DNA of 60,621 nucleotides from an uncultured bacterium. Lineage in GTDB: Bacteria > Verrucomicrobiota > Kiritimatiellia > CAIKKV01 > CAITUY01. Both the position numbers and the translations under genes were made by a program. The stretch lies in the NCBI GenBank assembly GCA_903958395.1, contig CAJBSZ010000346.1, positions 1 to 60,621 on the forward strand. The letters are read 5' to 3'. A model generated the notes under the pieces. It made no database searches. It saw nothing but the letters and a program-made list of their open reading frames with translations, and was not told the DNA's origin. Below, one piece after another: positions 36,297 through 47,040 of this stretch. Within the stretch, counting starts at the first letter, position 1; each line of letters opens with the position of its first letter.

Positions 36297-38411
36297 TTCC
36301 AGGGAAATGCCACAGGCCTTTTGAAGGGTCAGAATAAGCCCGGGATTTTTTTCGACGAATGAGGACTGGCCATGCAGCATGAGAAAAGCATCCAGGCCAC
36401 GATCCACCCGCCCCGCCACCGGGGATGGCATCCGCCGTCCATCGAGATCATGTCGCCACCGCGGAATATCCACCGGGACCGCTTGAATCCCCGTCTGTTC
36501 CACGAGTTTTAAAAAGGCCATGCAGGCGGGATCAGACAACAACTCCTCCTGAATCTGTTTTGCAACAGCTTCCCGGACCGCACCCGTCAAAAGGGGTCCC
36601 AGTACCGGCCCCGTTTTTTCCAGGCACTTCAACGCCGCGTCCGTCTGCTTGTCATTATAAGCCGCCACCCCCAGTGCCAGGGAAACCTCGGGGGTGTCAA
36701 GCCGGCTCAACCGGGTCATCCGCTCCTCCTTGGAAAGATCCTCAAGCTGAATATCCACCTGCGCCATCCCATCCGGGGTTTTGCAGACCACCTTGCGATC
36801 CCGAATCTCGACAACTTTCCCTATGAATTTGCCACGCGATAAACTGATCGTGACCACTTTTCCGATATCCGTCGAAAAAGTGTCGAGAATTTTATCAGTC
36901 AAGGATCCCACTCCCGCCAGGATGCGCGCCATATCCGCCAGCTCAGCGGTGTGCTTCGGGTACTTCGCCTCCTTGATAACAGGCTCCACCTGAAGACGGA
37001 CAGCCGTGTACTTTCCGGCCAGTATCAGGGCGGCAACCTCTTTTGTCAGGGCAATCCATTCTTTTTCATCCTGCCGCTCACTTACTTTGCTCCTGAGTTC
37101 CGCAACAAAGGCCATCCGGTTTGAGACGGTCTCAAGAACCCATTTTCCCGAGTAATTCTCAAGCCATCGGATGCCTTCTTCAAAGGCACCGTCATCCTCA
37201 TAATCTTTCACGGCCCGCTTCATCTCATTAAGTTCCTGGGCAATGCTCGCCTGGTCGTTTTTAGCCTTCCGCAACGCCTGATGTTGAGAAGGCAACGACG
37301 AACCGTCCTCGGCAGATTTAACGCTTTCCGGAAGCGGTGTTTCGGAATGAACGGGGAGGACGGGAATGACCGGATTAGCCTTCTCCTGGTTCTTTCCACA
37401 GGCTCTAAAATACAGAAGCCCTGCCGCAGTCACCCCGGCCAGAACGAGCAGGATCAGCGTCATCCACGAAAATCTCCGCCGGTCACCCATCTCCGGGCTG
37501 TCGTTAGTCAAATCGCTGGCTCCTCCTTTTGAAGCCATCCTCCGCTGCATCGTGCTCTCGCCGGCCAGGGGGTGAGCCCCGGCGGGCATCAGCCCCTTAT
37601 GAACACGCCGAAGATCGCTAAGGACAGTCTGCCAGTCTTTCAAGCGCTTATCGGGATCCTTCACCAGCATCCGCTCAATCAGACAACAGACGGGTGCGGG
37701 AACACTAGCCACCCTGTCACGGGGATCGGGAATCTGAGAGGTCACCTGCGCCTCCATCGCCTCATGATCGGAAAGTTCCACAAACGGCCGCTTCCCCGTC
37801 ACCATCTGGTACAGACAGCACCCCAGGGCATAAATATCGGTGCGACAATCCAGCTTTCCAAGACCCTGCACCTGTTCCGGGGAAATATACCCGGGCGTCC
37901 CGGCCACTTCATCAGACGGCGTTGAAAGATCGGAATCCCGAGTCAGTGACAGGCCCAGATCGGCAACCTTAATGGTGCCATCCTGATCCACCATGATGTT
38001 TTCAGGCTTGATGTCGCAATGAATAAGCCCCGCCGTGCGCCAGGCATAATCCAAGGCGGCCACAACCGATTCAACCACCACGAGGGCATCATACACGGGC
38101 AGGATGGCCTTGCGCTTGATCCATTGGCCGACATTATACCCGTCGACAAACTCCATGACGAAGTAGTAGTTCCCGCTCTCTTCACTGGCATCATAGACTT
38201 GAACAATTCCAGGATGCTTCAGTTTTGCCGCCGTACGGGCTTCCTGCACAATCTGCCGGACGCTTTCGGGATCCCTGCTATAGCGGGAGGGCAGCAATTT
38301 GATCGCGACAATCCGATCCAGGGAGAGTTGCCGGGCTTTCCAGACATGGCCCATCCCTCCCTCGCCGATTTTTTCGATCAGCTCAAATCCTGTCAAATGA
38401 ATGTCGCTCAT
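36282..38411 (-). CDS. Hanks-type Ser/Thr protein kinase with TM and C-terminal domain
   Basis: IGEGGMG, VAIK, HCDIKPEN, DLG, GTPGYISPE; central TM helix. Confidence 0.92.
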   Translation of the reverse strand: MSDIHLTGFELIEKIGEGGMGHVWKARQLSLDRIVAIKLLPSRYSRDPESVRQIVQEARTAAKLKHPGIVQVYDASEESGNYYFVMEFVDGYNVGQWIKRKAILPVYDALVVVESVVAALDYAWRTAGLIHCDIKPENIMVDQDGTIKVADLGLSLTRDSDLSTPSDEVAGTPGYISPEQVQGLGKLDCRTDIYALGCCLYQMVTGKRPFVELSDHEAMEAQVTSQIPDPRDRVASVPAPVCCLIERMLVKDPDKRLKDWQTVLSDLRRVHKGLMPAGAHPLAGESTMQRRMASKGGASDLTNDSPEMGDRRRFSWMTLILLVLAGVTAAGLLYFRACGKNQEKANPVIPVLPVHSETPLPESVKSAEDGSSLPSQHQALRKAKNDQASIAQELNEMKRAVKDYEDDGAFEEGIRWLENYSGKWVLETVSNRMAFVAELRSKVSERQDEKEWIALTKEVAALILAGKYTAVRLQVEPVIKEAKYPKHTAELADMARILAGVGSLTDKILDTFSTDIGKVVTISLSRGKFIGKVVEIRDRKVVCKTPDGMAQVDIQLEDLSKEERMTRLSRLDTPEVSLALGVAAYNDKQTDAALKCLEKTGPVLGPLLTGAVREAVAKQIQEELLSDPACMAFLKLVEQTGIQAVPVDIPRWRHDLDGRRMPSPVAGRVDRGLDAFLMLHGQSSFVEKNPGLILTLQKACGISLESDQQ

Positions 38412-38420
38412 AGAGACCCA

Positions 38421-38597
38421 TTACTTCAGAAGAACGCCAATCGTCACTCCCAAACAGATAAAGAACAGATACACCAGTGAGGCCGCCGCCCTGATCTCGG
38501 TAAAAATAAGGCTGACCGTCACCCGATCCCGGCTGAAAATCAAAACAAGGGTGGCCAACGCAATGAGAATTAACGCAATCAATACATTCTTGGACAT
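38421..38597 (-). CDS. Small two-TM membrane protein (58 aa, LapA/DUF1049-like); not in ORF track
   Basis: AAAGGAG RBS; MSKNVLIALILIALATLVLIFSRDRVTVSLIFTEIRAAASLVYLFFICLGVTIGVLLK*; fills the operon gap between the flavoprotein and kinase genes. Confidence 0.75.
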   Translation of the reverse strand: MSKNVLIALILIALATLVLIFSRDRVTVSLIFTEIRAAASLVYLFFICLGVTIGVLLK

Positions 38598-38610
38598 GGC
38601 AGGACTCCTT

Positions 38611-39189
38611 TCAAATCAAACTCACTTTACTCTTTAAAATAGACTCGGCCCTTTTCACAATAACATCCAACTCAGCCAACCGGCCCGCTCCTTCCGTCCC
38701 GCAGGCAAGGTCACCTAATCCGACATCCACAAAGGATACGCCCCGCTCTCGGAGAAGCGCCACATTCGCCCGGGTGGCGGGATGAATCCACATCCCCTCG
38801 TTCATGGCGGGAGCCACAAGCACCGGCGCCCGGGTTGCCAACGCAGTACAGGTCAGCAAATCATCGGCCAGTCCATGAGCCAATTTTGCAATCACATTGG
38901 CAGTGCAGGGGGCGATCACCAGAAGGTCAGCCCGGTCGGCATAGGAAATATGTTCGGGATGCCATCCGTCTTTTTCATCAAAAAGACCCGTTCCAACCGC
39001 ATTACGGGACAAGGTCTGAAAGGTGAGCGGAGTCACAAATTCCCTCGCGCAAGAGGTCATGACAACGGAAACCTGCCATTCCTTTCGCATCATCAGCCGA
39101 ACCAGTTCAGCGGCCTTATAGGCCGCAATGGAGCCTGTGACCCCCAGAACAATATTTGGCTTTCTCGGTTGTTTTGAACCCGGTGACAT
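38611..39189 (-). CDS. coaC: Phosphopantothenoylcysteine decarboxylase (standalone CoaC flavoprotein domain)
   Basis: GVTGSIAAYKA, APCTANVIAK, PAMN, LACG.EG.GRL. Confidence 0.85.
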   Translation of the reverse strand: MSPGSKQPRKPNIVLGVTGSIAAYKAAELVRLMMRKEWQVSVVMTSCAREFVTPLTFQTLSRNAVGTGLFDEKDGWHPEHISYADRADLLVIAPCTANVIAKLAHGLADDLLTCTALATRAPVLVAPAMNEGMWIHPATRANVALLRERGVSFVDVGLGDLACGTEGAGRLAELDVIVKRAESILKSKVSLI

Positions 39190-39257
39190 AACAGGGATTC
39201 ACAGTGCCAGTTTTAACGCGTCTTGTCAATTTAGCCTGCGCAGTTTATTGACATATC

Positions 39258-40082
39258 ATGCCCATTGGTGTTTTCCTTACCCCCATGCAATATTCCGCAT
39301 CAATTCTGGCAACGATGCTCCTCTTCATCATGACGGCGCGGGGGGATGTTGATACCAATTGCCTCCCGGGCTGCTCCTGGCCGGTGGGCGAAAAATTGAC
39401 CTACCAAATCTATTGGGGGTTTATTCCCGTGGGAACGGCCGTCATCTGGACGGAGTGGGCCGAGAGCGACGGGCGCAAACTGCTGGCCATTCGGATGCGA
39501 ACCTTTTCCAACAAGGTGATTGAAAAAATCTACCCCGTGAACGACACCATCGAAAGCCTGGTCGATCCAGGCCCCTTCCTTCCCGTCCAATTCAGCAAGA
39601 ACATGAGCGAGGGCTCGCACCGGTATCATGAGGTCACGGTTTTTGACAGGACGAATCTGGTTGCCCGATGGGAATCGAAACTCACCGGCAAAAAGCGTGT
39701 TTTTAAAATTGAACCCACAACTCGCGATATCCCGACCTTTATGTTTGCCATGCGAGGCCAACCATTCTCCCCCGGGAAACGGGAACATTTCCGGGTCATG
39801 GCAGACGAAAAAATCTATGATTTATGGCTGAATATCCTGAAAAATGAAAAAGTTGACCTGGATGCGTACGATTCCGTTCCCTGCGTTAAAACGGAACCGG
39901 AAGCCGCCTTTAACGGTCTTTTTGTGAGAAAGGGGAAAGTCTGGGCCTGGATTTCAAAAGATCCACGCGGCCTGGCCACCCGGTTGGAGGCAAGTATCCC
40001 GGTCGCCAATGTTCACGCGCTCCTGATGAAGGTGGAGGGGCCGGGTACAGACTTCTGGATCAAACCAGGCGGTCAAAAATAA
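39258..40082 (+). CDS. DUF3108 family exported protein
   Basis: GEKLTYQIYWGFIPVG, IYPVND.IES, RDIPT, W.S.D pattern; start uncertain. Confidence 0.7.
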   Translation: MPIGVFLTPMQYSASILATMLLFIMTARGDVDTNCLPGCSWPVGEKLTYQIYWGFIPVGTAVIWTEWAESDGRKLLAIRMRTFSNKVIEKIYPVNDTIESLVDPGPFLPVQFSKNMSEGSHRYHEVTVFDRTNLVARWESKLTGKKRVFKIEPTTRDIPTFMFAMRGQPFSPGKREHFRVMADEKIYDLWLNILKNEKVDLDAYDSVPCVKTEPEAAFNGLFVRKGKVWAWISKDPRGLATRLEASIPVANVHALLMKVEGPGTDFWIKPGGQK

Positions 40083-40259
40083 TTTATATTGCAGGGTTGG
40101 GGCAGGTTCTATAGTGTTGATCCGTTTTAGACCGGATGTTCGGTCTGATGATTGACGGAGGTGAAGGGGCAGGCTGGAGACCGAAATTTAAGTTGTGAAG
40201 AGGTTGGAATCAGGTGTTTTTGAAATAGTTTTGAAGAAGTTATTAGGAGTATAGACAAA

Positions 40260-40553
40260 GTGAATATCTACGTTGGAAATCTGCCGTATCAAACAACTCA
40301 GGACGATCTGCGCGTACAATTCGAACAGTATGGCGTGGTGGAGTCCGTCAATATCATTCAGGATCGTGAAACAGGCCGCTCGAAAGGGTTCGGCTTCGTG
40401 GTCATGCCTGATAGCACAGGGGCACAGAAGGCCATCGACTCCCTGAACGATGTCGACATGGGCGGTCGCAAAATGAAGGTAAACGAAGCCCGTCCCCGCG
40501 CTGAAGGCGGCTCCGGTGGTGGTGGTGGCGGCGGCGGCGAACGTCGCTGGTAA
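40260..40553 (+). CDS. RRM RNA-binding protein
   Basis: IYVGNL (RNP2), RSKGFGFV (RNP1), Gly-rich tail. Confidence 0.95.
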   Translation: MNIYVGNLPYQTTQDDLRVQFEQYGVVESVNIIQDRETGRSKGFGFVVMPDSTGAQKAIDSLNDVDMGGRKMKVNEARPRAEGGSGGGGGGGGERRW

Positions 40554-40577
40554 CTGACCGCTTTTCTGAAAGTGATC

Positions 40578-40609
40578 AAAAGACCGGGGTGAAAACCCCG
40601 GTCTTTTTT
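40578..40609. terminator. Bidirectional Rho-independent terminator
   Basis: AAAAGACCGGGGT-GAAA-ACCCCGGTCTTTTTT between convergent genes. Confidence 0.9.
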
Positions 40610-40612
40610 GTT

Positions 40613-43113
40613 TTATCCGAACAGGGATAGTTGCCCGGCATCCCGGGTTTTGCGCTTGTGCCGGGCCAGTCGGGGTTGTCCCGCCTCGCTGAACTCCCCC
40701 TCCTCCAGATTGGTCAGGATTTCCTTGGCACGATCGATGACCTCAAGCGGCAGTCCCGCCAGACGGGCAACCTGGATTCCGTAACTCTTGTCGGCCGCGC
40801 CGGCTACGATCTTCCGCAAAAATACAATCTGGTCGTTTCGCTCACTCACCACCACATTGTAGTTCTTCACGTCCGGCAGGGTCAGGGCCAGATCAGTCAA
40901 TTCATGATAATGGGTGGCAAAGAGTGTCTTGGCCTTTGCCTTCTCGTTATTATGCAAATATTCCGCCACCGCCCACGCAATGCTGATGCCGTCAAAGGTG
41001 CTGGTTCCCCGTCCGATTTCATCGAGAATGATCAGGCTCCGCGGCGTGGCGTTATTGAGAATGTTGGCGGTCTCCTGCATTTCAACCATGAATGTGCTGC
41101 GTCCGCGCGCCAGATCGTCACTGGCCCCGACCCGGGTAAAAACCTGATCGACCACACCAATCTCGGCCTCGGAGGCGGGTACAAACGAGCCCATCTGGGC
41201 CATGATGACAATCAAACCCACCTGCCGGATATAGGTTGATTTTCCGGCCATATTCGGCCCCGTCAGGACAATTAATTGATGATGGGTTCTGTCGAGCAGG
41301 GTGTCGTTGGGGACAAACCGCTCGGCATCCGGCATGCCCTCGACAACCGGATGCCGTCCATCCTTGATCCACACCTTCCCTCCCGCATTGATCCCGGGCC
41401 GGACATATCGCCCCATTACGGCCCGTTCCGCCAGCGCGGCAAGCACATCCAACGTTGCCAGGGCAAACGCGGTTTGCTGGATCTCGGCGGTATGCTGAAC
41501 AACCTGTTCCCGGATCCCCGAAAACAGCTCGCATTCAAGCGCCACGGCCCGCTCCTGGGCCCCCATGATCCTGCGTTCGTACTCCTTGAGTTCAGGGGTC
41601 ACAAACCGCTCTCCATTCACCAGCGTCTGCTTGCGGATATAGTCATCCGGCGCATGGGCCAGCTGCCCTTTAGAAATTTCAATGTAATAGCCGAATACCC
41701 TGTTGTGCCGGACTTTCAGCGTCTTGATTCCCGTACGAGCCTGTTCCCGGGATTGAAATTCCGCCAGCCATTGCCGCCCCTCGGACGCCGCCACGCGAAG
41801 TTCGTCGAGTTCAGCATTATATCCCTTCCGGATAATGCCGCCTTCTTTCAGCGCTACCGGAGGTTCATCTTCAATCGCGCGGCCAATCAGTTCCGCCACC
41901 TCAGGCAGGGGAACCATCTCCTGTGCCAATGTTCGAAGCATCTCACTCGGATGCTCCTTCACCAAATCCCGGATCATCGGCAAGGCGTCCAACGAGGCTC
42001 CCAGCGCGCGTAGGTCTCGGCCATTTCCACTGCCGGCACTCAGGCGGGATACAAGGCGCTCCAAGTCCCGGATTCCTGAAAAATGATCGCGGATCTCGTG
42101 AAGCAGCGTCCGGTTCAGTGTCAACGCCTCCACCGCATCCAAACGTCGTTCAATCCCCACGACCTCCGCCAGTGGCCGGAGTATCCAGTCCCGAATCAAC
42201 CGGGCGCCCATCGGGTTTTGGTTTCATCCAGAGTCCCCAGGAGTGTCACGGATCCGCGCCGCTCCTCCGAACGACGGGGAACAAGGTCCAGGTTGCCGCA
42301 GGTGGCCTGATCCAGCATCATATAATCGGCAGGATTGCTGACCTTAAGGGATCGGACATGCCTGACATCGCGCTTCAATTCCTCCTGGACATAGTACAGG
42401 ATTCCTCCGGCTGCCCCCACGGCCGCAGGCTTGCTCTCGCACCCGAATCCATCCAGCGAATGCACGGAAAAATGCCGGATGAGGCGATCCCGCGCCACAT
42501 CATACCGGAACACCCAGTCCTCCCCTCCGCTGACCACTATCCCCCCCAGTGACGCCATCAGCGACTTCACCAAGGGATCATTCATTTGCTCGGAAGGTAC
42601 GACACATTCACGGGGGCTGAATTGCCGCAGGGACTCGGCTAGCAAGGCGGCATCCCGCGACTCCTCCACCCAGAAGGCTCCAGTGGAAATATCCAGCATC
42701 GCCATCCCGAACACCTCGCCGCTCCGGCAGAATCCAGCCAGGTAATTATTCTGGACTGAATTCAGGATCGTGTCCTGCATCACCGTCCCCGGCGTGACGA
42801 TCCCCGTCACTTCGCGGCGGACAATCCCCTTGGCCGATGCGGAATCCTCGACCTGGTCGCAGATGGCCACTTTTTTTCCGGCCCGGATAAGTTTTGCCAG
42901 ATAGCCGTCCGCCGCATGGAACGGAACCCCGCACATGGGGATCCCCTGGCGTCGGGTCAGGGTGATATCCAGGAGATGGGAGGCCTCCTTGGCATCCTCG
43001 AAAAACATCTCGTAGAAATCACCCAGCCTGAAAAATAAAATGGTATTCTCGGGCAGTTTCCCGCGAATCTGCCGGTATTGCGCCATCATCGGCGTCAGGG
43101 TTTCGCCTGTCAT
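40613..43113 (-). pseudogene. mutS: DNA mismatch repair protein MutS, split by a 1-nt frameshift near 42213 (real or assembly error)
   Basis: 42196..43113 encodes the N-terminal part (TPMMAQY, FRLGDFYEMF) and 40613..42211 the rest (TGPNMAGKST, STFMVEM, DEIGRGT). The junction reads ACC CGA TGG where ACC CCG ATG (TPMG) is expected. Confidence 0.85.
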
Positions 43114-43982
43114 ATGTCAGATCTCACATTTTTAGATTTCAAAAGTCCATCCGCCAAGGCCTGCCACTGGTCCACGGTGAGCATTTCAGGACGGATTCTC
43201 GGATCCAGTCCCATTTGAAACAGAACCGACACCGCTTGCTCGGGAGTCACGCCAAAGCGGGCCGCAATCTTTGTCAGGATGGTCGCCATCTGTTTTCTCC
43301 GGAAGGCAAAAGCCTCCTTGGTCAGCCGGGCGAACATCGGCCGGTCTCCCGCCAGAATCCGCGACTCGGGAAGACGCGTCATCCGCACCACGGCCGACTT
43401 TATTTTGGGACGCGGATAAAAACAATTGGGACTGATAATTTTCACGGTTTCAACCTGATACACCCGCTGGGCCCAGACTCCCATCAGCCCGCGCTCCTCA
43501 TCGCCGGGAGCAGCCGCCAATCGTTCCCCTACTTCCAACTGAACCGTTACCGTAATACGCTTCGGGGGATGAGGCAAGGCAAAGACATTCATCAGGATCC
43601 GGCTCCCCACCGAGTACGGAAGATTAGACACAAGGGATGTAATGCCTTCCTGCTCGAAAAATGCGGCATCGAGATCCATAGCGTCCCCCCTCATCAGGGT
43701 CAGAACTGGATGATCCGGGTATTCCCGGCAGAGATAGTCATAAAGTCCGCGATCCTTCTCCACCGCCACCACCCGCCTAACCAGTCCGACCAGTTGCTCG
43801 GTCAACACGCCAAGCCCCGGTCCGACCTCCAACACCACATCCTCAGGCTGGAGATCCGCCGCCGCGATAATGATGTCCCGGATATTGGCGTCGATCAGGA
43901 AATTCTGCCCGAGCAGGCTGTTCGGCTGGAGGCCGTGTTCCTGAAGCAAAGCGGCAACTTGCGAAGGACTGGTCAGTTTCAC
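43110..43982 (-). CDS. rsmA: 16S rRNA dimethyladenosine transferase
   Basis: LGQNFLID, EVGPGLG.LT, SNLPY, QLEV, FYPRPKIKSA. Confidence 0.95.
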   Translation of the reverse strand: MKLTSPSQVAALLQEHGLQPNSLLGQNFLIDANIRDIIIAAADLQPEDVVLEVGPGLGVLTEQLVGLVRRVVAVEKDRGLYDYLCREYPDHPVLTLMRGDAMDLDAAFFEQEGITSLVSNLPYSVGSRILMNVFALPHPPKRITVTVQLEVGERLAAAPGDEERGLMGVWAQRVYQVETVKIISPNCFYPRPKIKSAVVRMTRLPESRILAGDRPMFARLTKEAFAFRRKQMATILTKIAARFGVTPEQAVSVLFQMGLDPRIRPEMLTVDQWQALADGLLKSKNVRSDI

Positions 43983-44959
43983 GGCTGGGATGATTTGATA
44001 ATTTCGATATAGGCGTCTTTACGAAGCCGAGCCATCCAGCGATCGGTCACGCGCCGGATCTCTTTCTTCCGCAAATCCTTTTCGATGGTGCTGCGGACTT
44101 CTTCAAAGGGAATCGGACCCGCCGCCAGGGAATCCTCCAACTTGATCAGGTAATAATTCCCGTCCATCCGGATCACGTCACTCACCGCATTCTTCGAGAG
44201 TCCCTTGACCGGTGTCGCCAGTTCAGGACGCAAATCACGAACATCATACCAGCCCCAGTCCCCGCCATCCTTAGCCTTGCCATCCTCCGAGACCGCCCGG
44301 GCAACGGTCGCGAAATCGGCACCCGCCCTGATTTTCAATAACGTCTCACCCGCCGACGTCTCCCGCACCACGCGGTCTGCCTCATTCGTCGCCCCCTGAA
44401 TCAGGATGACGCGGATCTTCACCTTCGCTTCACGGGTGTATTTTTTAGGATTCTCCTCGTAGATGCGGCGGACATCCCGGGGCGAAATCATCACCTGGGC
44501 GTCCACTTCACGACTTTTCATCATCCCCACAACAATACGCTCACGCATCTGGCGACGCCATTCCTCCATGGACATATGCGCGCCCCGCAGGGTTTTCAGG
44601 AATTCCTGCCGATCCCCCTCATAGCGTTCCTGGATAAAATCGCTGACTCGCTTTTCCACATACTTTTCGATTCCATCCTTGTTGAGCTTGGTATCGGCAT
44701 CGTACGCCTTCATGATCAGCTTCGCATTGATCAAATCATCCAGAATATCGGAATAAAGCTCCTGCTGCTGTGACTCCAGGTCCGCCCCCGTGTACATTTG
44801 GCGCAACTGGGGCATCATGGGCCCCATGGCCTCCCGGACCTCCCCTACCGTCACCACCCCGTCATTAACGAAGGCGGCAACACCATCGATCGTGATGGAT
44901 TCACCCACAGCCAACTCCGCGACAAACAACAGTGCCACGATAAAAATTATTCGTCTCAT
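43979..44959 (-). CDS. surA: SurA/PpiC-type peptidyl-prolyl isomerase
   Basis: Signal peptide; IDGVAAFVND.VVT; DFATVARAVSED..GGDWGW; upstream of rsmA. Confidence 0.75.
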   Translation of the reverse strand: MRRIIFIVALLFVAELAVGESITIDGVAAFVNDGVVTVGEVREAMGPMMPQLRQMYTGADLESQQQELYSDILDDLINAKLIMKAYDADTKLNKDGIEKYVEKRVSDFIQERYEGDRQEFLKTLRGAHMSMEEWRRQMRERIVVGMMKSREVDAQVMISPRDVRRIYEENPKKYTREAKVKIRVILIQGATNEADRVVRETSAGETLLKIRAGADFATVARAVSEDGKAKDGGDWGWYDVRDLRPELATPVKGLSKNAVSDVIRMDGNYYLIKLEDSLAAGPIPFEEVRSTIEKDLRKKEIRRVTDRWMARLRKDAYIEIIKSSQP

Positions 44960-45089
44960 GAATAGTGTCCTCCACAACCGGGTGTCCAAAAACCGTCACT
45001 ATGCCACAAAGAATGGCACTCCGCTATCTGCTATTTACTATTTGCCCTCAAACAGGTATCTTGAAAACCAGTTATTAGGGAGTGATGAC

Positions 45090-45773
45090 GTGAGACAAAT
45101 ATTACATGCAGTAAAAGGATGGATTCGAGGCGAATCCTCAAAAGGGCGGAAAACCGCCATGGTTTATGTGTATTCACCGGGCAAGGAAACCCAGAACGGG
45201 GAATTGGGAGCCAATGACCAGATTTCCCTGCTTCGCCGGCTTTCGACCTTCGTGAGCAAGGAAACCCTTCCCGTAACCATCATTTTTCCGGGCCGCCCGA
45301 CACGCAAAATTCCGGATGGCGCCAGCCAGAGCGGAGTTCAGGTTCGCTATGCCACCACTGACCAAATGAAAAAAGTGGTCGGCAACGCCATCGCTGAAGC
45401 CAAAAAGGAATACTCCGTAGTCCTGGCCACCAATAGCCCTGAATTGGAGAAGATTGCCCGTAGCGAGAGAATCCGCCACATCCGCGCCACCACCTTTGAG
45501 GAAGCGCTGAATGCGATTTGTGGTCCTCTCCGCCGCGACCAGCCCCAGCAGCAGCCGCAACGCCGCCAACCGCAGTCCGCACCCGCTCAAAAATCACAGC
45601 CTTCCCCTGAATCGAACGGCGACGCCGGACCGGAAGCCCCCGCGACCCAACCTCAGGCTAATCCCATTTCCCCGAAACCCGAGCCCGTGCTTCAACGACA
45701 CCGCCGAAATGAGGCTCCCTCGAAAAAAGAAGACCGGGATCAGGACATCCTGAATTTGATTGATCCGCTATAA
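45090..45773 (+). CDS. Hypothetical protein, degenerate YacP/NYN-like domain plus disordered Pro/Gln tail
   Basis: Likely GTG start after GGGAG; pattern VTIIFPG..VQVRYA..VVLATNSPEL..A..F resembles NYN topology. Confidence 0.55.
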   Translation: MRQILHAVKGWIRGESSKGRKTAMVYVYSPGKETQNGELGANDQISLLRRLSTFVSKETLPVTIIFPGRPTRKIPDGASQSGVQVRYATTDQMKKVVGNAIAEAKKEYSVVLATNSPELEKIARSERIRHIRATTFEEALNAICGPLRRDQPQQQPQRRQPQSAPAQKSQPSPESNGDAGPEAPATQPQANPISPKPEPVLQRHRRNEAPSKKEDRDQDILNLIDPL

Positions 45774-45788
45774 ATCAAGGAGCGTTCC

Positions 45789-46202
45789 ATGACAACAAAA
45801 ACCTATTCAATCATCATGAGTGGACTGATTTGCATGCTGTGCGTGATCGGCACAATCATGTGGACGGGGTGCGACACCGCAAGCGCTACCGAGGATCTTG
45901 TTGTTTCACCGTCAACGGCAACACTTTCATCCGGACAGTCACAGACATTCACCGTCAGTGGTGGCTACCATTACACATGGTCCATTAGTGGAGCCAGCAG
46001 CAGCAGTGGCACCACAAGTTCAGCGCAAGGCTCGCTTTCATCCCTGACGGGAAGCCAAGTGCTCTACACGGCGCCCTCCAGTGCTTCACTAAGCGGCTCT
46101 GTTACGCTTTCTGTCACCTCCACCATCGAGGGCAGTGGTGCGGGAATCAGTAATTCCCCGGCTTACTCAGTCACCGGAAGCGCCATCGTCACCTTTAAAT
46201 AA
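45789..46202 (+). CDS. Ser/Thr-rich lipoprotein with Ig-like beta domain
   Basis: Lipobox-like WTGC; VVSPSTATL, YTWS, LYTAP; AAGGAG RBS. Confidence 0.75.
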   Translation: MTTKTYSIIMSGLICMLCVIGTIMWTGCDTASATEDLVVSPSTATLSSGQSQTFTVSGGYHYTWSISGASSSSGTTSSAQGSLSSLTGSQVLYTAPSSASLSGSVTLSVTSTIEGSGAGISNSPAYSVTGSAIVTFK

Positions 46203-46213
46203 TCGCGGTCATC

Positions 46214-47023
46214 ATGACCAAACCGTTGCTGATCACGAGTCTTCAAAATCCCCGCATTAAGGCGGTGGTAGGATTGCGGCAACGGTCGGATCGCGATGAG
46301 CGCGGAGAAATGATCATTGAGGGGTACCGCGAGCTCAAGCGTGCCCTCGATAACCGGCATCTTCCCAAGGCGCTTTTCACCTGTGCTGATCTTTTCATGG
46401 GAACCAATGAACCGGCCCTGATCGAACGCTGCCGGCTCGCTGGCGCGGAACTGTTTGAATGCACCAAGCCGGTCTTTGAAAAAATCTCCTACCGGGACCG
46501 CCCGGAAGGCTTATTGGCCATTGCCCCACAGGTTCATTGGACCCTGGCCGATTTGAAACTCCCCGACAACCCGCTACTGGTCGTGGCCGAAGCCATTGAA
46601 AAGCCCGGGAACCTCGGCACCATCCTCCGATCTGCCGATGCCGCCGGGGTCCACGCGGTGATCGTCTGCGACCGTTGCACCGACATCAACAATCCCAACG
46701 TCGTTCGCGCCAGCACGGGAACCCTCTTCGCCCTTCCTGTTGTGGAAGCCTCCACCGATGAAGTTCTGGCCTGGCTTCGCAAAAACAAAATTCAAATCCT
46801 GGCGGCAACCCCGCATACCGACTTTGACTACACGGCCGTGGATCTCAAGAAAGGGACCGCTCTGGTCGTGGGAACCGAACAATACGGACTCTCCGAGAAG
46901 TGGATGAATGAAGCCGACCTGAAGGTGAAGATTCCCATGCTGGGCCAGGCCGACTCCCTTAATGTGGCCTCCGCCACAACAATCCTACTCTATGAAGCCG
47001 TGAGGCAGCGGCAGAGCAAATAG
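46214..47023 (+). CDS. TrmH/SpoU family RNA methyltransferase
   Basis: ITSLQNPRIK, EKPGNLGTILRSA, GTEQYGL, IPMLGQADSLNVA. Confidence 0.92.
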   Translation: MTKPLLITSLQNPRIKAVVGLRQRSDRDERGEMIIEGYRELKRALDNRHLPKALFTCADLFMGTNEPALIERCRLAGAELFECTKPVFEKISYRDRPEGLLAIAPQVHWTLADLKLPDNPLLVVAEAIEKPGNLGTILRSADAAGVHAVIVCDRCTDINNPNVVRASTGTLFALPVVEASTDEVLAWLRKNKIQILAATPHTDFDYTAVDLKKGTALVVGTEQYGLSEKWMNEADLKVKIPMLGQADSLNVASATTILLYEAVRQRQSK

Positions 47024-47040
47024 GCGCTAGGAGCCAGGGT

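Noticed and set aside
38401-38637. 78-aa plus-strand ORF
   Set aside because: A better-supported minus-strand 58-aa gene with an RBS occupies the gap
44790-45089. N-terminal 100 aa of the 327-aa ORF
   Set aside because: Overlaps surA antisense and the divergent promoter region
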